Positions 32,159-45,984 of a stretch of 64,000 bases of DNA are shown in pieces; the first letter of the stretch is position 1; every line of letters begins with the position of its first letter. A program made the translations under genes and the position numbers. Source of the DNA: Mycobacterium sp. (GTDB lineage Bacteria; Actinomycetota; Actinomycetes; Mycobacteriales; Mycobacteriaceae); contig JAGYKK010000006.1 of NCBI GenBank assembly GCA_018401645.1, forward strand, positions 24,437 through 88,436, in the 5' to 3' direction. Below the pieces are notes generated by a model. That model was not told where the DNA came from. It saw nothing but the letters and a program-made list of their open reading frames with translations, and searched no databases.

Positions 32159-32851
32159 TCAGCCGGGTGGACGCAATGCCGCGAATTCGTCGGTGACCCG
32201 CAGTTCGGATTCGGTGAAGCGATACAGCGCCGCAGGTCGCCCACCAGTACGGCCCGGGTGGGCCGTGGTCCCGGTGGGGGTGATCACTCCGCGCCGTGCC
32301 AGCACGCGCTGCAGATTGGTGGCGTCGACTTGGTATCCCAGTGCGGCCCCGTAGATATCGCGCAGCGTCGACAACGCAAATTCCCTTGGCGCCAAGGCGA
32401 ATCCGATATTCGTGTAGGACAATTTGGCGGCCAGCCGGGCGCCGGCATATGACACCATCGGGCGGTGATCAAACGCCATCGGGGGAAGCTGGCCCACCGG
32501 ATGCCACCGGGTGTCCGACGGCAATTCAGGAATGGCGGGGGAGGGCACCAGGCCCAGGTAGGTGGACGCGATGACGCGCGCGCCCGGCACCCGGGTCGGG
32601 TCGGAGAAGACCGCGAGTTGTTCCAGGTGCGCGACCTCGCGAAGGTCCACCTTCTCGGCGAGTTGGCGGCGCACCGACGCGGTGAGATCTTCGCCCTCGC
32701 CGAGCCGGCCGCCCGGTAGTGACCACCGTCCGCGCTGTGGAGACAGGGCGCGCTGCCATAACAGCACGTGGAGGCCGGGTTTGCCGGATGGCAGGTCACG
32801 GACCTGGAATACGACGGCCAGCACTTCGTGTTGAGTGCTAATATGACTCAT
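32159..32851 (-). CDS. nrtR: NUDIX/HTH transcriptional regulator NrtR (Rv1593c-like)
   Basis: [45 protein letters not shown]; divergent from nadA. Confidence 0.88.
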   Translation of the reverse strand: MSHISTQHEVLAVVFQVRDLPSGKPGLHVLLWQRALSPQRGRWSLPGGRLGEGEDLTASVRRQLAEKVDLREVAHLEQLAVFSDPTRVPGARVIASTYLGLVPSPAIPELPSDTRWHPVGQLPPMAFDHRPMVSYAGARLAAKLSYTNIGFALAPREFALSTLRDIYGAALGYQVDATNLQRVLARRGVITPTGTTAHPGRTGGRPAALYRFTESELRVTDEFAALRPPG

Positions 32852-32874
32852 GTTTTCGATTATAAGTCGAAAAC
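32852..32874. promoter_or_regulatory. NrtR operator palindrome gttttcga-ttataag-tcgaaaac
   Basis: Perfect 8-bp inverted arms in the 48-bp gap between the nrtR and nadA starts. Confidence 0.8.
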
Positions 32875-32899
32875 CTCGGATGCAGAACAGGAGGCGGCG

Positions 32900-33947
32900 A
32901 TGACCGTCGCTGCTCGCACGGACGTAGATCGCACTCGGGCGGCCCTGGCCGACGGAATCGTCGATGGCCCGGGCGTTTACACCCAGTGGCGGGGGACGCG
33001 CAGTGGGCCGCCGAGATTCGCCGATTGGCCGCCCTGCGCGGCACCGTCCCGGCACACAACTATCAGTTGCCCGCCATTCAGGACGTCGCCGATCACGTCA
33101 GGGACTCCCTGGCGCTGTCGCGCATCGCCGCCGAAGCGCCCGGGGACCATCGTGTTCTGCGGGGTGCACTTCATGGCCGAGACCGCCAAGATCCTCAGCC
33201 CCACCAAGACGGTGTTGATCCCGGACCAGCGGGCCGGGTGTTCGCTGGCCGACTCCATCACGGCCGAGGACCTTGCGCAGTGGCGCGACGAGTACCCGGG
33301 TGCCGTGGTGGTGTCCTACGTCAACACCACCGCCGCGGTGAAGGCGCTCACCGACATCTGCTGCACCTCGTCGAATGCCGTGGAGGTGGTGAACTCGATC
33401 CCGGCGGATCGCGACGTGCTGTTCTGCCCGGACCAGTTCCTGGGCGCCCACGTCCGTCGCATGACCGGCCGGACGAACCTGCACATCTGGGCCGGGGAGT
33501 GCCACGTGCACGCCGGTATCAACGGTGACGAACTGGCAGCACAGGCCCGCTCGCATCCGGATGCCGAGCTCTATGTCCATCCCGAGTGCGGATGCGCCAC
33601 CTCGGCGCTTTACCTGGCCGGAGAGGGAGCGTTCCCTGCGGACCGGGTGAAGATTTTGTCCACCGGCGGCATGCTGGACGCGGCCCTCTCGGAGGCCAAG
33701 GCAGGTGCTGGCGTGGCCTGAGGTCGGCATGCTGCACCAGTTACGCAGAGCCGCGCCACAGATCGACTTCCAGGCGGTCAATGATCGTGCCTCGTGCAAG
33801 TACATGAAGATGATCACCCCGGCCGCGCTGCTGCGCTGCTTGATCGAGGGCGCCGATGAGGTCGACGTCGATCCCGAAATCGCGCGCCTGGCCCGCGCCA
33901 GTGTGACGCGGATGATCGAGATCGGCGCGCCGGGTGATGGCGAATGA
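32900..33947 (+). CDS. nadA: Quinolinate synthase (several frameshifts)
   Basis: [39 protein letters not shown] and CKYMK across frames. Confidence 0.92.
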
Positions 33948-35527
33948 CCCGCCACGGCGCCTGCGGGGGCGGATTCGGCCCTGACTGGCAGCACGCGCCG
34001 ACGGTGGTGATCGGCACCGGAGTGGCCGGCCTGGCCGCCGGCCTGGCTGCCTACCGCCGGGGTGCCCGCACCGTCATTCTGAGCAAGGCTGACGACACCG
34101 CGACTTTCTATGCCCAGGGCGGGATCGCAGTGGTACTGCCCTTTACCGACGACACCGTCGAGTCGCACGTCGCCGACACCCTCGCCGCCGGGGCCGGTTT
34201 GTGTGACCCTGCCGCGGTGCGGTCGATCGTGGCCGACGGCTATCAGGCGGTGGCGGACCTGATCGCCGACGGGGCCCGTTTCGATGAGAGCACCCCGGGC
34301 CAGTGGGCGCTTACTCGCGAGGGCGGACATTCCCGGCGGCGCATCATGCACGCCGGCGGGGACGCCACCGGTGCCGAAGTCCAGCGCGCCCTCGATCATG
34401 CCGCGGCCACCCTGGATATCCGGCGCAATCACGTTGCATTGCAGGTGCTGCGTGATGAGTCGGCCGTTACCGGCGTCCTGGTCCGCAACGCCGACGGACT
34501 CGGTGTCATCCATGCCCCGTCGGTGATCGTCGCCACCGGCGGATTGGGACATCTCTACAGCGCCACGACCAACCCCGAGGGTTCCACCGGCGACGGCATC
34601 GCACTGGCGCTGTGGGCCGGGGTGTGCGTCAGTGATATCGAGTTCGTGCAGTTTCATCCGACGATGCTTTTCGACCCGCACGGCACCGGTCGTCGACCGC
34701 TGATTACCGAGGCGTTGCGCGGGGAGGGCGCGGTACTGCGCGATGCGCGCGGTGACTCGGTGACTGCCGGCGTGCACCCGATGGGCGACCTGGCCCCCCG
34801 CGACGTGGTGGCCGCGGCCATCGAGGCCCGGCTGCGTGAGACCGGAGACGAGTGTGTCTATCTCGATGCGCGGTCCATCGAGCGGTTCGCCCAGCGGTTC
34901 CCGACCGTCACCGCCGCGTGCCGCGGGGCCGGTATCGACCCGACGACGACCCCGATCCCGGTCGTGCCCGGCGCGCACTACAGTTGCGGCGGAGTGAGCA
35001 CCGACGTGCACGGCCGGACCTCGTTGCCGGGCCTGTTCGCCGCCGGCGAGGTGGCCCGCACCGGTATGCACGGTGCCAATCGGCTGGCCTCCAATAGCCT
35101 GCTGGAGGGCCTGGTGGTCGGTGGCCGCGCGGGCCGTGAGGCCGCCCGGCATACCCGAAGCGCCGGTGCGCCGATGGCGAAAGTCCAGCCGGCTCAGCGG
35201 GTTGCGCTGGATCGGGGGCGTTTGCAGCGAGCAATGATGCGGTGGTCCTCGGTGGTCCGCGACGGGGACGGTCTGAGGCACCTGATCGATGAACTCGACG
35301 GTGCCGCGCCCCACGCGATGATGACCCGGACCGATGTCGAGGATGTCGCTCTCACCATGTCGGCGCGGGCCGTTGCTGTGGCGGCACTGGCCCGGACTGA
35401 GACCCGTGGATGTCACCACCGCGGCGATTTCCCCGACACTGATGCCGCGCAGGCGGTTTCGGAGAGCGTGCACGGAACCGCCGACGGTCGCGTCACCCTC
35501 GTCGAGGCGGCTGTTCCCGTCGCATGA
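33944..35527 (+). CDS. nadB: L-aspartate oxidase
   Basis: [39 protein letters not shown]. Confidence 0.95.
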   Translation: MTRHGACGGGFGPDWQHAPTVVIGTGVAGLAAGLAAYRRGARTVILSKADDTATFYAQGGIAVVLPFTDDTVESHVADTLAAGAGLCDPAAVRSIVADGYQAVADLIADGARFDESTPGQWALTREGGHSRRRIMHAGGDATGAEVQRALDHAAATLDIRRNHVALQVLRDESAVTGVLVRNADGLGVIHAPSVIVATGGLGHLYSATTNPEGSTGDGIALALWAGVCVSDIEFVQFHPTMLFDPHGTGRRPLITEALRGEGAVLRDARGDSVTAGVHPMGDLAPRDVVAAAIEARLRETGDECVYLDARSIERFAQRFPTVTAACRGAGIDPTTTPIPVVPGAHYSCGGVSTDVHGRTSLPGLFAAGEVARTGMHGANRLASNSLLEGLVVGGRAGREAARHTRSAGAPMAKVQPAQRVALDRGRLQRAMMRWSSVVRDGDGLRHLIDELDGAAPHAMMTRTDVEDVALTMSARAVAVAALARTETRGCHHRGDFPDTDAAQAVSESVHGTADGRVTLVEAAVPVA

Positions 35528-36382
35528 TGGCGCTGACCCCCCAGGAGCGCTCCGAAGCGCTGGTGACGATCCGTCGCGGCCTCGATGAGGACCTGCGCTA
35601 CGGCCCCGATGTCACGACGATCGCGACCGTACCCGCCGACGCATGCACCGAGGCGGCCCTGGTCGCCCGGGAGGCCGGCGTGGCGCGGCGTCGACGTCGC
35701 GCTCATGGTGCTCGATGAGGTGCTCGGCACCGGCTGCTATCAGGTGCTGGATCGGGTGCCGGACGCTGCCTGCCTGGAACCCGGTCAGGCACTGCTGAGA
35801 GTCCGGGCCGACACCCGCGGTCTGCTGACCGCCGAGCGCACCCTGCTCAGCCTCCTCTGCCACCTCTGCGGAATCGCCACGGCCACCGCGGCCTGGGTGG
35901 AGGCCGTGGCGGGAACCACGACCAGGATCCGCGACACCCGCAAAACCCTGCCCGGACTGCGGGCGCTGCAGAAGTACGCGGTGCGGGTCGGCGGCGGGGT
36001 CAACCATCGGATGGGCCTCGGGGATGCCGCCTTGATCAAGGACAACCACGTGGCGGCAGCCGGGTCGGTGGTTGCCGCACTACGCGCGGTGCGCGCCGCG
36101 GCACCCGATCTGCCGTGTGAGGTCGAGGTCGACACCCTCGAGCAACTCGACGAGGTACTCGCCGAGGATGTCGGGTTGATCCTGCTCGATAACTTCCCGG
36201 TGTGGCAGACCCAGATGGCGGTCCAGCGCCGCGACGCCAAAGCTCCGAAGGTGCTACTGGAGTCCTCCGGCGGGTTGTCCCTGGAGTCCGCCGCGCACTA
36301 CGCGGGCACCGGCGTGGACTACCTGGCCGTTGGCGCGCTCACCCATTCGGTGCGGGTGCTCGATATCGGCCTGGATCTCTAG
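35524..36382 (+). CDS. nadC: Nicotinate-nucleotide diphosphorylase (frameshift near 35680-35695)
   Basis: DEDLRYGPDVTT, RDTRKT, NHRMGL, IKDNH, EVEVD, LLDN. Confidence 0.93.
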
Positions 36383-36485
36383 GGTCGAACTACTCGGCGG
36401 CGTTGACTAGGAATCCCCGCGCGAGCAGCGACGGCGCCGGGGTGCGCGGCTCTGATTGGCGTTGAACGGTCCGAATCGGCAATTC

Positions 36486-36508
36486 GATGCGTAATTGATT
36501 TTCGCATC
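36486..36508. promoter_or_regulatory. AT-rich imperfect palindrome gatgcgtaattgattttcgcatc upstream of hisD
   Basis: gatgcg/cgcatc outer arms with partial inner symmetry; about 28 bp upstream of the hisD ATG. Confidence 0.45.
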
Positions 36509-36536
36509 CATGCCCCGATCAGCGACAATCAAACCG

Positions 36537-39610
<3,074 letters not shown>

Positions 39611-39614
<4 letters not shown>

Positions 39615-40258
39615 CGGGAGCATCCCGCCGAAAGTCCGTTGTCGTTCTTGACTACGGGTCGGGCAATCTGAGGTCGGCCCAACGCGCCCTGGAGCGGGTC
39701 GGCGCCGAGGTTGAGGTGACCTCGGATCGCACCGCCGCGCTGGCAGCCGATGGGCTTGTGGTCCCCGGCGTCGGGGCCTTCGAGGCCTGCATGAGCGGAC
39801 TGCGCGGGATCGACGGCGACAGCATCATCGCCGAACGGGTCGCGGCGGGTCGACCGGTGCTCGGTGTGTGCGTCGGGATGCAGATCCTGTTCGCCCGCGG
39901 GGTTGAGTTCGGGGTTGCGAGCACCGGCTGCGGCCAGTGGCCGGGTGCGGTCACTCGTTTGGACGCACCGGTCATTCCGCATATGGGCTGGAACGTCGTC
40001 GACGCCGCCCCGGGCAGCAGGTTGTTCAAGGGCATCAATCCGCAGACGCGGTTCTACTTCGTGCACTCCTACGCCGCCCTGTGTTCGCAAAACCAGGCGT
40101 GGGAGGGTGACCCTAGTGCACAGCTCACCTGGGCCACCCACACCACTCGGTTTTTGGCGGCCGTCGAGGACGGGCCAATGTCCGCGACGCAATTTCATCC
40201 GGAGAAGAGCGGCGATGCCGGTGCTGAACTGCTCGCTAATTGGGTTGAGGGGCTGTGA
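39611..40258 (+). CDS. hisH: Imidazole glycerol phosphate synthase glutaminase subunit
   Basis: DYGSGNL, PGVGAF, GVCVGMQ, PHMGWN, YFVHSY, QFHPEKS. Confidence 0.96.
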
Positions 40259-40266
40259 AGGAAGAC

Positions 40267-41001
40267 GTGTCATTGATCTTGCTGCCTGCCGTCGATGTGA
40301 TCAATGGCCAGGCTGTTCGGTTGGTTCAGGGTAAGGCCGGTAGTGAGACCGAGTACGGCACGGCGCTGGAGGCCGCACTGAACTGGCAGCGCGACGGAGC
40401 CGAGTGGATTCATCTCGTCGATCTCGATGCGGCCTTCGGGCGTGGCAGCAACGGTGAACTACTCGCGGAGGTCGTGCGGGCACTGGAGGTCAAGGTCGAG
40501 CTGTCCGGCGGCATCCGCGACGACGACTCGCTGAAGGCGGCGTTGGCCACCGGCTGTGCCCGGGTCAACATCGGTACGGCGGCACTGGAGAATCCGCTGT
40601 GGTGCGCTCGCGCCATCGCCGAGTACGGCGATCGGGTCGCGGTAGGGCTCGACGTGCAAGTCGTCGACGGGGAACACCGGCTGCGCGGCCGCGGTTGGGA
40701 AACCGACGGCGGCGAGTTGTGGTCGGTACTGGAACGCCTTGACAGTGAGGGCTGTTCGCGATTTGTGGTCACCGACGTCACCAAGGATGGCACGCTCACC
40801 GGGCCTAACCTCGATCTGCTCGAGGGTGTCGCCGAGTGCACCGACGTTCCGGTGATCGCCTCGGGTGGGGTTTCCAGCCTCGACGATCTTCGGGCCATCG
40901 CCACCTTGACCGGCGCAGGTGTCGAGGGCGCGATCGTCGGAAAAGCCCTTTACGCCGGACGCTTCACCCTCTCGGAGGCTCTGGCCGCGGTGAGCCGTTG
41001 A
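40267..41001 (+). CDS. priA: Bifunctional phosphoribosyl isomerase PriA (HisA/TrpF)
   Basis: [33 protein letters not shown]. Confidence 0.94.
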   Translation: MSLILLPAVDVINGQAVRLVQGKAGSETEYGTALEAALNWQRDGAEWIHLVDLDAAFGRGSNGELLAEVVRALEVKVELSGGIRDDDSLKAALATGCARVNIGTAALENPLWCARAIAEYGDRVAVGLDVQVVDGEHRLRGRGWETDGGELWSVLERLDSEGCSRFVVTDVTKDGTLTGPNLDLLEGVAECTDVPVIASGGVSSLDDLRAIATLTGAGVEGAIVGKALYAGRFTLSEALAAVSR

Positions 41002-41002
41002 C

Positions 41003-41791
41003 GTGCTGAACTCACCCACCGATCTTGCCGTCCGAGTTATTCCCTGCCTGGACGTCGATGCCGGCCGGGTGGTCAAGGGCGTCAACTTCGCCAACCTGCG
41101 CGATGCCGGTGACCCGGTGGAACTCGCCGCGGCCTACGACGCCGAGGGTGCCGACGAACTGACCTTCCTGGATGTGACGGCGTCCTCATCGGGCCGCGCG
41201 ACGATGTTTGATGTCGTGCGTCGTACTGCCGAACAAGTGTTCATTCCGCTTACCGTCGGCGGAGGTGTGCGATCGGTGGCTGATGTCGACGCACTCTTGC
41301 GTGCCGGTGCGGACAAGGTATCGGTGAACACCGCGGCGATCGCCCGACCGGAACTCCTGGCCGAACTGGCACGGCAGTTCGGCTCCCAGTGCATCGTGTT
41401 GTCGGTGGATGCCCGAACGGTTCCTGCCGGTGGCGCCCCGACCCCCTCCGGATGGGAGGTCACCACCCACGGTGGCCGCCAGGGAACCGGTATCGACGCC
41501 GTCGAATGGGCAAGGCGCGGAGCCGAACTTGGTGTGGGCGAAATCCTGTTGAACTCGATGGACGCCGACGGCACCAAGGCCGGTTTCGACCTGCCGATGC
41601 TGCGTGCGGTGCGGGCGGTGGTCACAGTGCCGATGATCGCCAGCGGGGGTGCGGGGGCCGTCGGGGATTTTGCGCCTGCGGTGCGGGCCGGTGCCGACGC
41701 GGTGCTGGCGGCCAGCGTGTTCCACTTCGGGGAGTTGACCATCGGTGAGGTGAAGGCGGCGATGAAGGCGGCAGGGGTGACCGTCCGGTGA
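41003..41791 (+). CDS. hisF: Imidazole glycerol phosphate synthase cyclase subunit
   Basis: [33 protein letters not shown]. Confidence 0.96.
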   Translation: MLNSPTDLAVRVIPCLDVDAGRVVKGVNFANLRDAGDPVELAAAYDAEGADELTFLDVTASSSGRATMFDVVRRTAEQVFIPLTVGGGVRSVADVDALLRAGADKVSVNTAAIARPELLAELARQFGSQCIVLSVDARTVPAGGAPTPSGWEVTTHGGRQGTGIDAVEWARRGAELGVGEILLNSMDADGTKAGFDLPMLRAVRAVVTVPMIASGGAGAVGDFAPAVRAGADAVLAASVFHFGELTIGEVKAAMKAAGVTVR

Positions 41792-41982
41792 GCGGCAGCG
41801 GAGGACGAAGTCAGACCCCGTCCGATGAGCGGTAGCGAAGAGGACAAGTCAACCCGTCCGATGAGCGGCAGCGAAGAGGACAAGTCAGACCCCCGTCCGA
41901 TGAGCGGCAGCGAAGAGGACAAGTCAGACCCCCGTCCGATGAGCGGTAGCGAAGAGGACAAGTCAAATATCAGTCCGATGAG
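41781..41982 (+). repeat. MIRU-like tandem array, 5 units (37/36/39/39/39 bp), consensus atgagcggcagcgaagaggacaagtcagacccccgtccg
   Basis: Units start at 41788, 41825, 41861, 41900 and 41939; each begins with (A/G)TGA preceded by gtccg. Confidence 0.93.
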
Positions 41983-42319
41983 TCTCGACCCTGCGATTGC
42001 CGAGCGGCTCAAGCGCGACGCCAACGGGTTGTTCGCCGCGATCGCCCAGGAGCGCGGCACCGGCAAGGTGCTCATGCTGGCCTGGATGGACGACGAGGCA
42101 CTGGCTCGCACGCTGGCCACCCGGCAGGCCACCTATTACTCCCGCTCGCGCGGCGAGCAGTGGATCAAGGGCGCGACATCCGGTCACACCCAGTACGTCC
42201 ACTCGGTGCGCCTGGACTGCGACGGCGACGCGGTGCTGCTCGACGTCGACCAGAGCGGAGGGGCCTGCCACACCGGCGACCACACCTGCTTTGACGCTGA
42301 TTTGCTAGGACCCGTCTGA
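41978..42319 (+). CDS. hisI: Phosphoribosyl-AMP cyclohydrolase (could be N-extended to 41825 by the repeats)
   Basis: [32 protein letters not shown]...CF. Confidence 0.95.
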   Translation: MSLDPAIAERLKRDANGLFAAIAQERGTGKVLMLAWMDDEALARTLATRQATYYSRSRGEQWIKGATSGHTQYVHSVRLDCDGDAVLLDVDQSGGACHTGDHTCFDADLLGPV

Positions 42320-42339
42320 CCCGTCATCCACTGATTTAC

Positions 42340-42405
42340 CCCGCGACGGTGCGTGAAAGTCCGGCACCGGCGGCGTGTCGGCGTACCGACACGCACGCTC
42401 GCGGG
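42340..42405. repeat. Palindromic intergenic element / likely bidirectional terminator between convergent hisI and bcp
   Basis: Outer arms cccgcgacggtgcg / cgcacgctcgcggg; inner hairpin gtgtcgg-cgta-ccgacac. Confidence 0.6.
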
Positions 42406-42420
42406 TGGGGAGGTGATCGA

Positions 42421-42876
42421 CTAGCGCGCCCGCAGGGCTTCCAGCGCCTTGTCGGCGTGGGTATCCATGTTGAGTTCGCTGGAGATCACCTCGAGCACAT
42501 TGCGATCGGTGTCGATGACGAACGTGGTGCGTTTCACCGGCAACAGCTTGCCGAGCAGTCCACGCTTGACGCCGAAGGTCTCGGCGACCGTACCGTCGCG
42601 ATCGGACAGCAACGGGTAGTCGAAGCGCTGCGAGTCGGAGAACTTCGCCTGTTTATCGACGGCGTCAGTGCTGATGCCGACGCGGGAGGCGCCCACCGCG
42701 GTGAACTCTCCGGCCAGATCACGGAAATGACAGGCCTCCTTCGTGCAACCCGGCGTCATGGCCGCGGGGTAGAAGAACAGCACGATCGGCCCCTCGGCCA
42801 GCAGGCCGGTCAGTGAACGGACGGTTCCGGTCTGATCCGGCAGTTCGAACTCGGGCACTTGGTCACCACGTTTCAT
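42421..42876 (-). CDS. bcpB: Peroxiredoxin BCP (BcpB-like)
   Basis: FFYPAAMTPGCTKEACHFRD. Confidence 0.9.
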   Translation of the reverse strand: MKRGDQVPEFELPDQTGTVRSLTGLLAEGPIVLFFYPAAMTPGCTKEACHFRDLAGEFTAVGASRVGISTDAVDKQAKFSDSQRFDYPLLSDRDGTVAETFGVKRGLLGKLLPVKRTTFVIDTDRNVLEVISSELNMDTHADKALEALRAR

Positions 42877-42946
42877 AACGCCACGCTATCGCCGTGCGGC
42901 TGGGATGAACAGGTCTGGGGTGAACAGGTCTGGGAGGATGTAGCGC

Positions 42947-44461
42947 GTGCACGCCACCACGACCCGCGAAGAGTTCCGCGCGCTGGCCGCTGAACACCGC
43001 GTGGTCCCGGTAACCCGCAAAGTCCTCGCCGACAGTGAGACTCCGCTGTCGGCCTACCGCAAACTGGCGGCCGGTCGCCCGGGCACCTTCCTGCTGGAGT
43101 CCGCCGAAAACGGGCGGTCCTGGTCGCGCTGGTCGTTCATCGGAGCCGGGGCACCGTCGGCGTTGACGGTGCGCGACGGGCGGGCAGTCTGGCTGGGCGC
43201 CACCCTGAATGGTGCGCCGAGCGGTGGAGATCCACTGGAAGCCCTTCGGGCCACGATGGAACTGCTGTCGGCCGAGGGATCCGCACCGTCGGGTCTGCCG
43301 CCGCTGTCCGGGGGGTTGGTCGGGTTCTTCGCCTACGACTTCGTCCGACGTCTCGAACGCCTGCCCGAACTGGCCGTGGACGATCTCGGTTTGCCCGACA
43401 TGCTGCTGCTGCTGGCCACTGATATCGCCGCGGTCGACCACCACGAGGGCACCATCACCCTGATCGCCAACGCGGTCAACTGGGATGGCGTTGACCAGCG
43501 TGTCGACGAGGCCTACGACGACGCGGTGCGGCGCCTGGACGTGATGACCGCCGCCCTGGGCCAACCACTGGTCTCGACGGTGGCCACGTTCTCGCGGCCC
43601 GAACCACTGCCACGCGCGCAGCGCACCCTCGAGGAGTACAGCGCGGTCGTCGAGCGACTGGTCGCCGAGATCGAGGCCGGCGAGGCGTTTCAGGTGGTGC
43701 CGTCGCAACGTTTCGAGATGGACACCGCCGCCGACCCGATCGACGTCTACCGGTTGCTACGGGTGACCAACCCGAGCCCCTACATGTATCTGCTGCAGAT
43801 CCCGGATGGGGCAGGGGAGACGGCGTTCTCGATCGTCGGCTCCAGTCCCGAGGCTCTGGTGACGGTGCAGGGTGGTGGGGCGACGACGCATCCGATCGCC
43901 GGTACCCGGTGGCGCGGTCACACCGAGGAGGAGGACCAGTTGCTGGAGAAGGAGTTGCTGGCCGACGAGAAGGAACGCGCCGAGCACCTGATGCTGGTCG
44001 ACCTGGGCCGCAACGACCTGGGCCGGGTCTGCGTACCGGGCACTGTGCGGGTCGAGGACTACAGCCATATCGAGCGCTACAGCCACGTCATGCACCTGGT
44101 GTCGACGGTGACCGGGTTGCTGGCCGACGGTCGCAGCGCCCTCGACGCCGTCACCGCGTGTTTCCCGGCCGGCACCCTGTCCGGCGCCCCCAAGGTGCGC
44201 GCAATGGAACTGATCGAGGAAGTGGAGATCACCCGGCGCGGTCTGTACGGCGGTGTGGTTGGGTACCTCGACTTCGCCGGCAACGCCGACTTCGCGATCG
44301 CCATCCGCACCGCGCTGATGCGCAACGGAACCGCTTACGTGCAGGCCGGCGGCGGGGTGGTGGCCGACTCCAACGGTCCGTATGAGTACACCGAGGCGGC
44401 CAACAAGGCCAAGGCGGTGCTGGCGGCCATTGCGGCGGCCGAAACCCTGAGTACGCCGTGA
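42947..44461 (+). CDS. trpE: Anthranilate synthase component I
   Basis: [53 protein letters not shown]. Confidence 0.96.
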   Translation: MHATTTREEFRALAAEHRVVPVTRKVLADSETPLSAYRKLAAGRPGTFLLESAENGRSWSRWSFIGAGAPSALTVRDGRAVWLGATLNGAPSGGDPLEALRATMELLSAEGSAPSGLPPLSGGLVGFFAYDFVRRLERLPELAVDDLGLPDMLLLLATDIAAVDHHEGTITLIANAVNWDGVDQRVDEAYDDAVRRLDVMTAALGQPLVSTVATFSRPEPLPRAQRTLEEYSAVVERLVAEIEAGEAFQVVPSQRFEMDTAADPIDVYRLLRVTNPSPYMYLLQIPDGAGETAFSIVGSSPEALVTVQGGGATTHPIAGTRWRGHTEEEDQLLEKELLADEKERAEHLMLVDLGRNDLGRVCVPGTVRVEDYSHIERYSHVMHLVSTVTGLLADGRSALDAVTACFPAGTLSGAPKVRAMELIEEVEITRRGLYGGVVGYLDFAGNADFAIAIRTALMRNGTAYVQAGGGVVADSNGPYEYTEAANKAKAVLAAIAAAETLSTP

Positions 44462-45069
44462 TCCGCGTCGCGCAGCTGTTGCTGCTGCTCTCCGCACTCG
44501 GACTGTGGGTGGCTTCTCGGCTGCCGTGGGTATCGGTGGGGTCCTCTGATGGACTCGGTCAACCGAAGACCAGCACGATCAATGGTGCCGCGTGGTCCAA
44601 CGCGCTGCTCCCGCTCGCAGTGCTACTGCTGGCGGCGGCGCTGGCCGGACTGGCGGTCCGGGGCTGGCTCCTGCGGGCGCTCGCGGTCCTGGTGGCCCTG
44701 GTATGCGTGCCGTTGGGTTACCTCGGGATCAGTCTGATGGTGATGCGCGACGTCGCGCCGCGTGGCGCGGAACTGGCCGGCGTGCCGGTGATGAACCTGG
44801 TTGCCAGCCAGCGTCATCTGGCGGGTGCCGCGGTGACCCTGGCCGCGGCCGTGGGTGCTCTGGTCGCGGCGGCCTTGATGATGCGCGCGGCGGCGACGGA
44901 GGCGCGCAGGGTGTCGAAGTACGCCGGGCCCGGTGCGCCGGGTGAGGGCGATGCCGGGGCCGAGATGTCCGAGCGCGCGATGTGGGACGCACTCGACGGG
45001 GGACTGGATCCGACGGATCCCGACACCGGAGCCACTGCTGTGGTGGAGTCCGAGACCGAGGGTCGGTGA
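44458..45069 (+). CDS. Trp-biosynthesis-associated membrane protein (TIGR02234, Rv1610-like)
   Basis: Four TM segments; C-terminal [17 protein letters not shown]. Confidence 0.88.
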   Translation: MIRVAQLLLLLSALGLWVASRLPWVSVGSSDGLGQPKTSTINGAAWSNALLPLAVLLLAAALAGLAVRGWLLRALAVLVALVCVPLGYLGISLMVMRDVAPRGAELAGVPVMNLVASQRHLAGAAVTLAAAVGALVAAALMMRAAATEARRVSKYAGPGAPGEGDAGAEMSERAMWDALDGGLDPTDPDTGATAVVESETEGR

Positions 45070-45145
45070 CGGGTGTTGGTGGCGGGGCGGTTACCCTCTA
45101 CTTCGAATCGTCCCTGTTCGCCAGACCTCTAGGAGACCGGCTGTC

Positions 45146-45964
45146 ATGAGTTCGGCAACCGTGCTCGACTCCATTCTCGAGGGGGTCTGTGCCGACGTTG
45201 CCGCGCGCGAGGCACTGGTGAGCATGGCCGACGTGAGGGCGGCCGCGGAGGCGGCACCCGCACCGCGCGACGTGCTGTGCGCCCTGCGAGCCCCGGGCAT
45301 CGGTGTGATCGCAGAAGTCAAGCGTGCCAGTCCCTCCCGCGGTCAACTCGCGGCGATCGCCGACCCGGCTGAGCTGGCCAGGGCCTATCAGAGCGGCGGC
45401 GCCCGGGTGATCAGTGTGCTGACCGAGGAGCGACGGTTCAAGGGATCCCTTGCCGATCTGGACGCGGTGCGGGCCGCCGTTAGCATCCCGGTGCTGCGCA
45501 AGGACTTCATCGTGCGGCCCTACCAAATCCACGAGGCTCGGGCACACGGCGCGGACATGCTGCTGCTGATCGTGGCAGCGCTGGCCCAACCGGCTCTGGT
45601 ATCGCTGCTCGATCGCACCGAGTCGCTGGGGATGACGGCACTGGTAGAGGTACATACCGAGGAGGAGGCCGACCGTGCTCTGCAGGCCGGGGCCAAGGTG
45701 ATCGGGGTCAACGCTCGTGATCTCAAGACCCTGAACGTGGATCGGGACTGCTTCGGGCGAATCGCACCGGGCCTGCCATCGGACATCATCCGGATCGCCG
45801 AGTCCGGGGTCCGGGGTCCCGCCGACCTGCTCGCCTACGCCGGCGCCGGGGCCGACGCGGTGCTGGTCGGCGAGGGTCTGGTCACCAGCGGTGACCCGCG
45901 CGGCGCGGTGGCTGATCTGGTGACCGCCGGCGCCCACCCGTCGTGTCCGAAACCCGTTCGCTGA
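45146..45964 (+). CDS. trpC: Indole-3-glycerol phosphate synthase
   Basis: [33 protein letters not shown]. Confidence 0.96.
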   Translation: MSSATVLDSILEGVCADVAAREALVSMADVRAAAEAAPAPRDVLCALRAPGIGVIAEVKRASPSRGQLAAIADPAELARAYQSGGARVISVLTEERRFKGSLADLDAVRAAVSIPVLRKDFIVRPYQIHEARAHGADMLLLIVAALAQPALVSLLDRTESLGMTALVEVHTEEEADRALQAGAKVIGVNARDLKTLNVDRDCFGRIAPGLPSDIIRIAESGVRGPADLLAYAGAGADAVLVGEGLVTSGDPRGAVADLVTAGAHPSCPKPVR

Positions 45965-45984
45965 GTTCAGCCGGAAGTCCCGAT

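Noticed and set aside
33098-35473. 791-aa antisense ORF over nadA/nadB, and similar long antisense ORFs (e.g. 50455-52767)
   Set aside because: Typical high-GC shadow frames opposite well-supported genes; no recognisable motifs.
36407-36511. 34-codon minus-strand ORF ([10 protein letters not shown]...) between nadC and hisD
   Set aside because: Short, atypical codon usage and no motif; better explained as promoter or remnant sequence.
41781-41982. CRISPR array (36-39 bp periodicity)
   Set aside because: Units are contiguous with no unique spacers, and there are no cas genes in the window.
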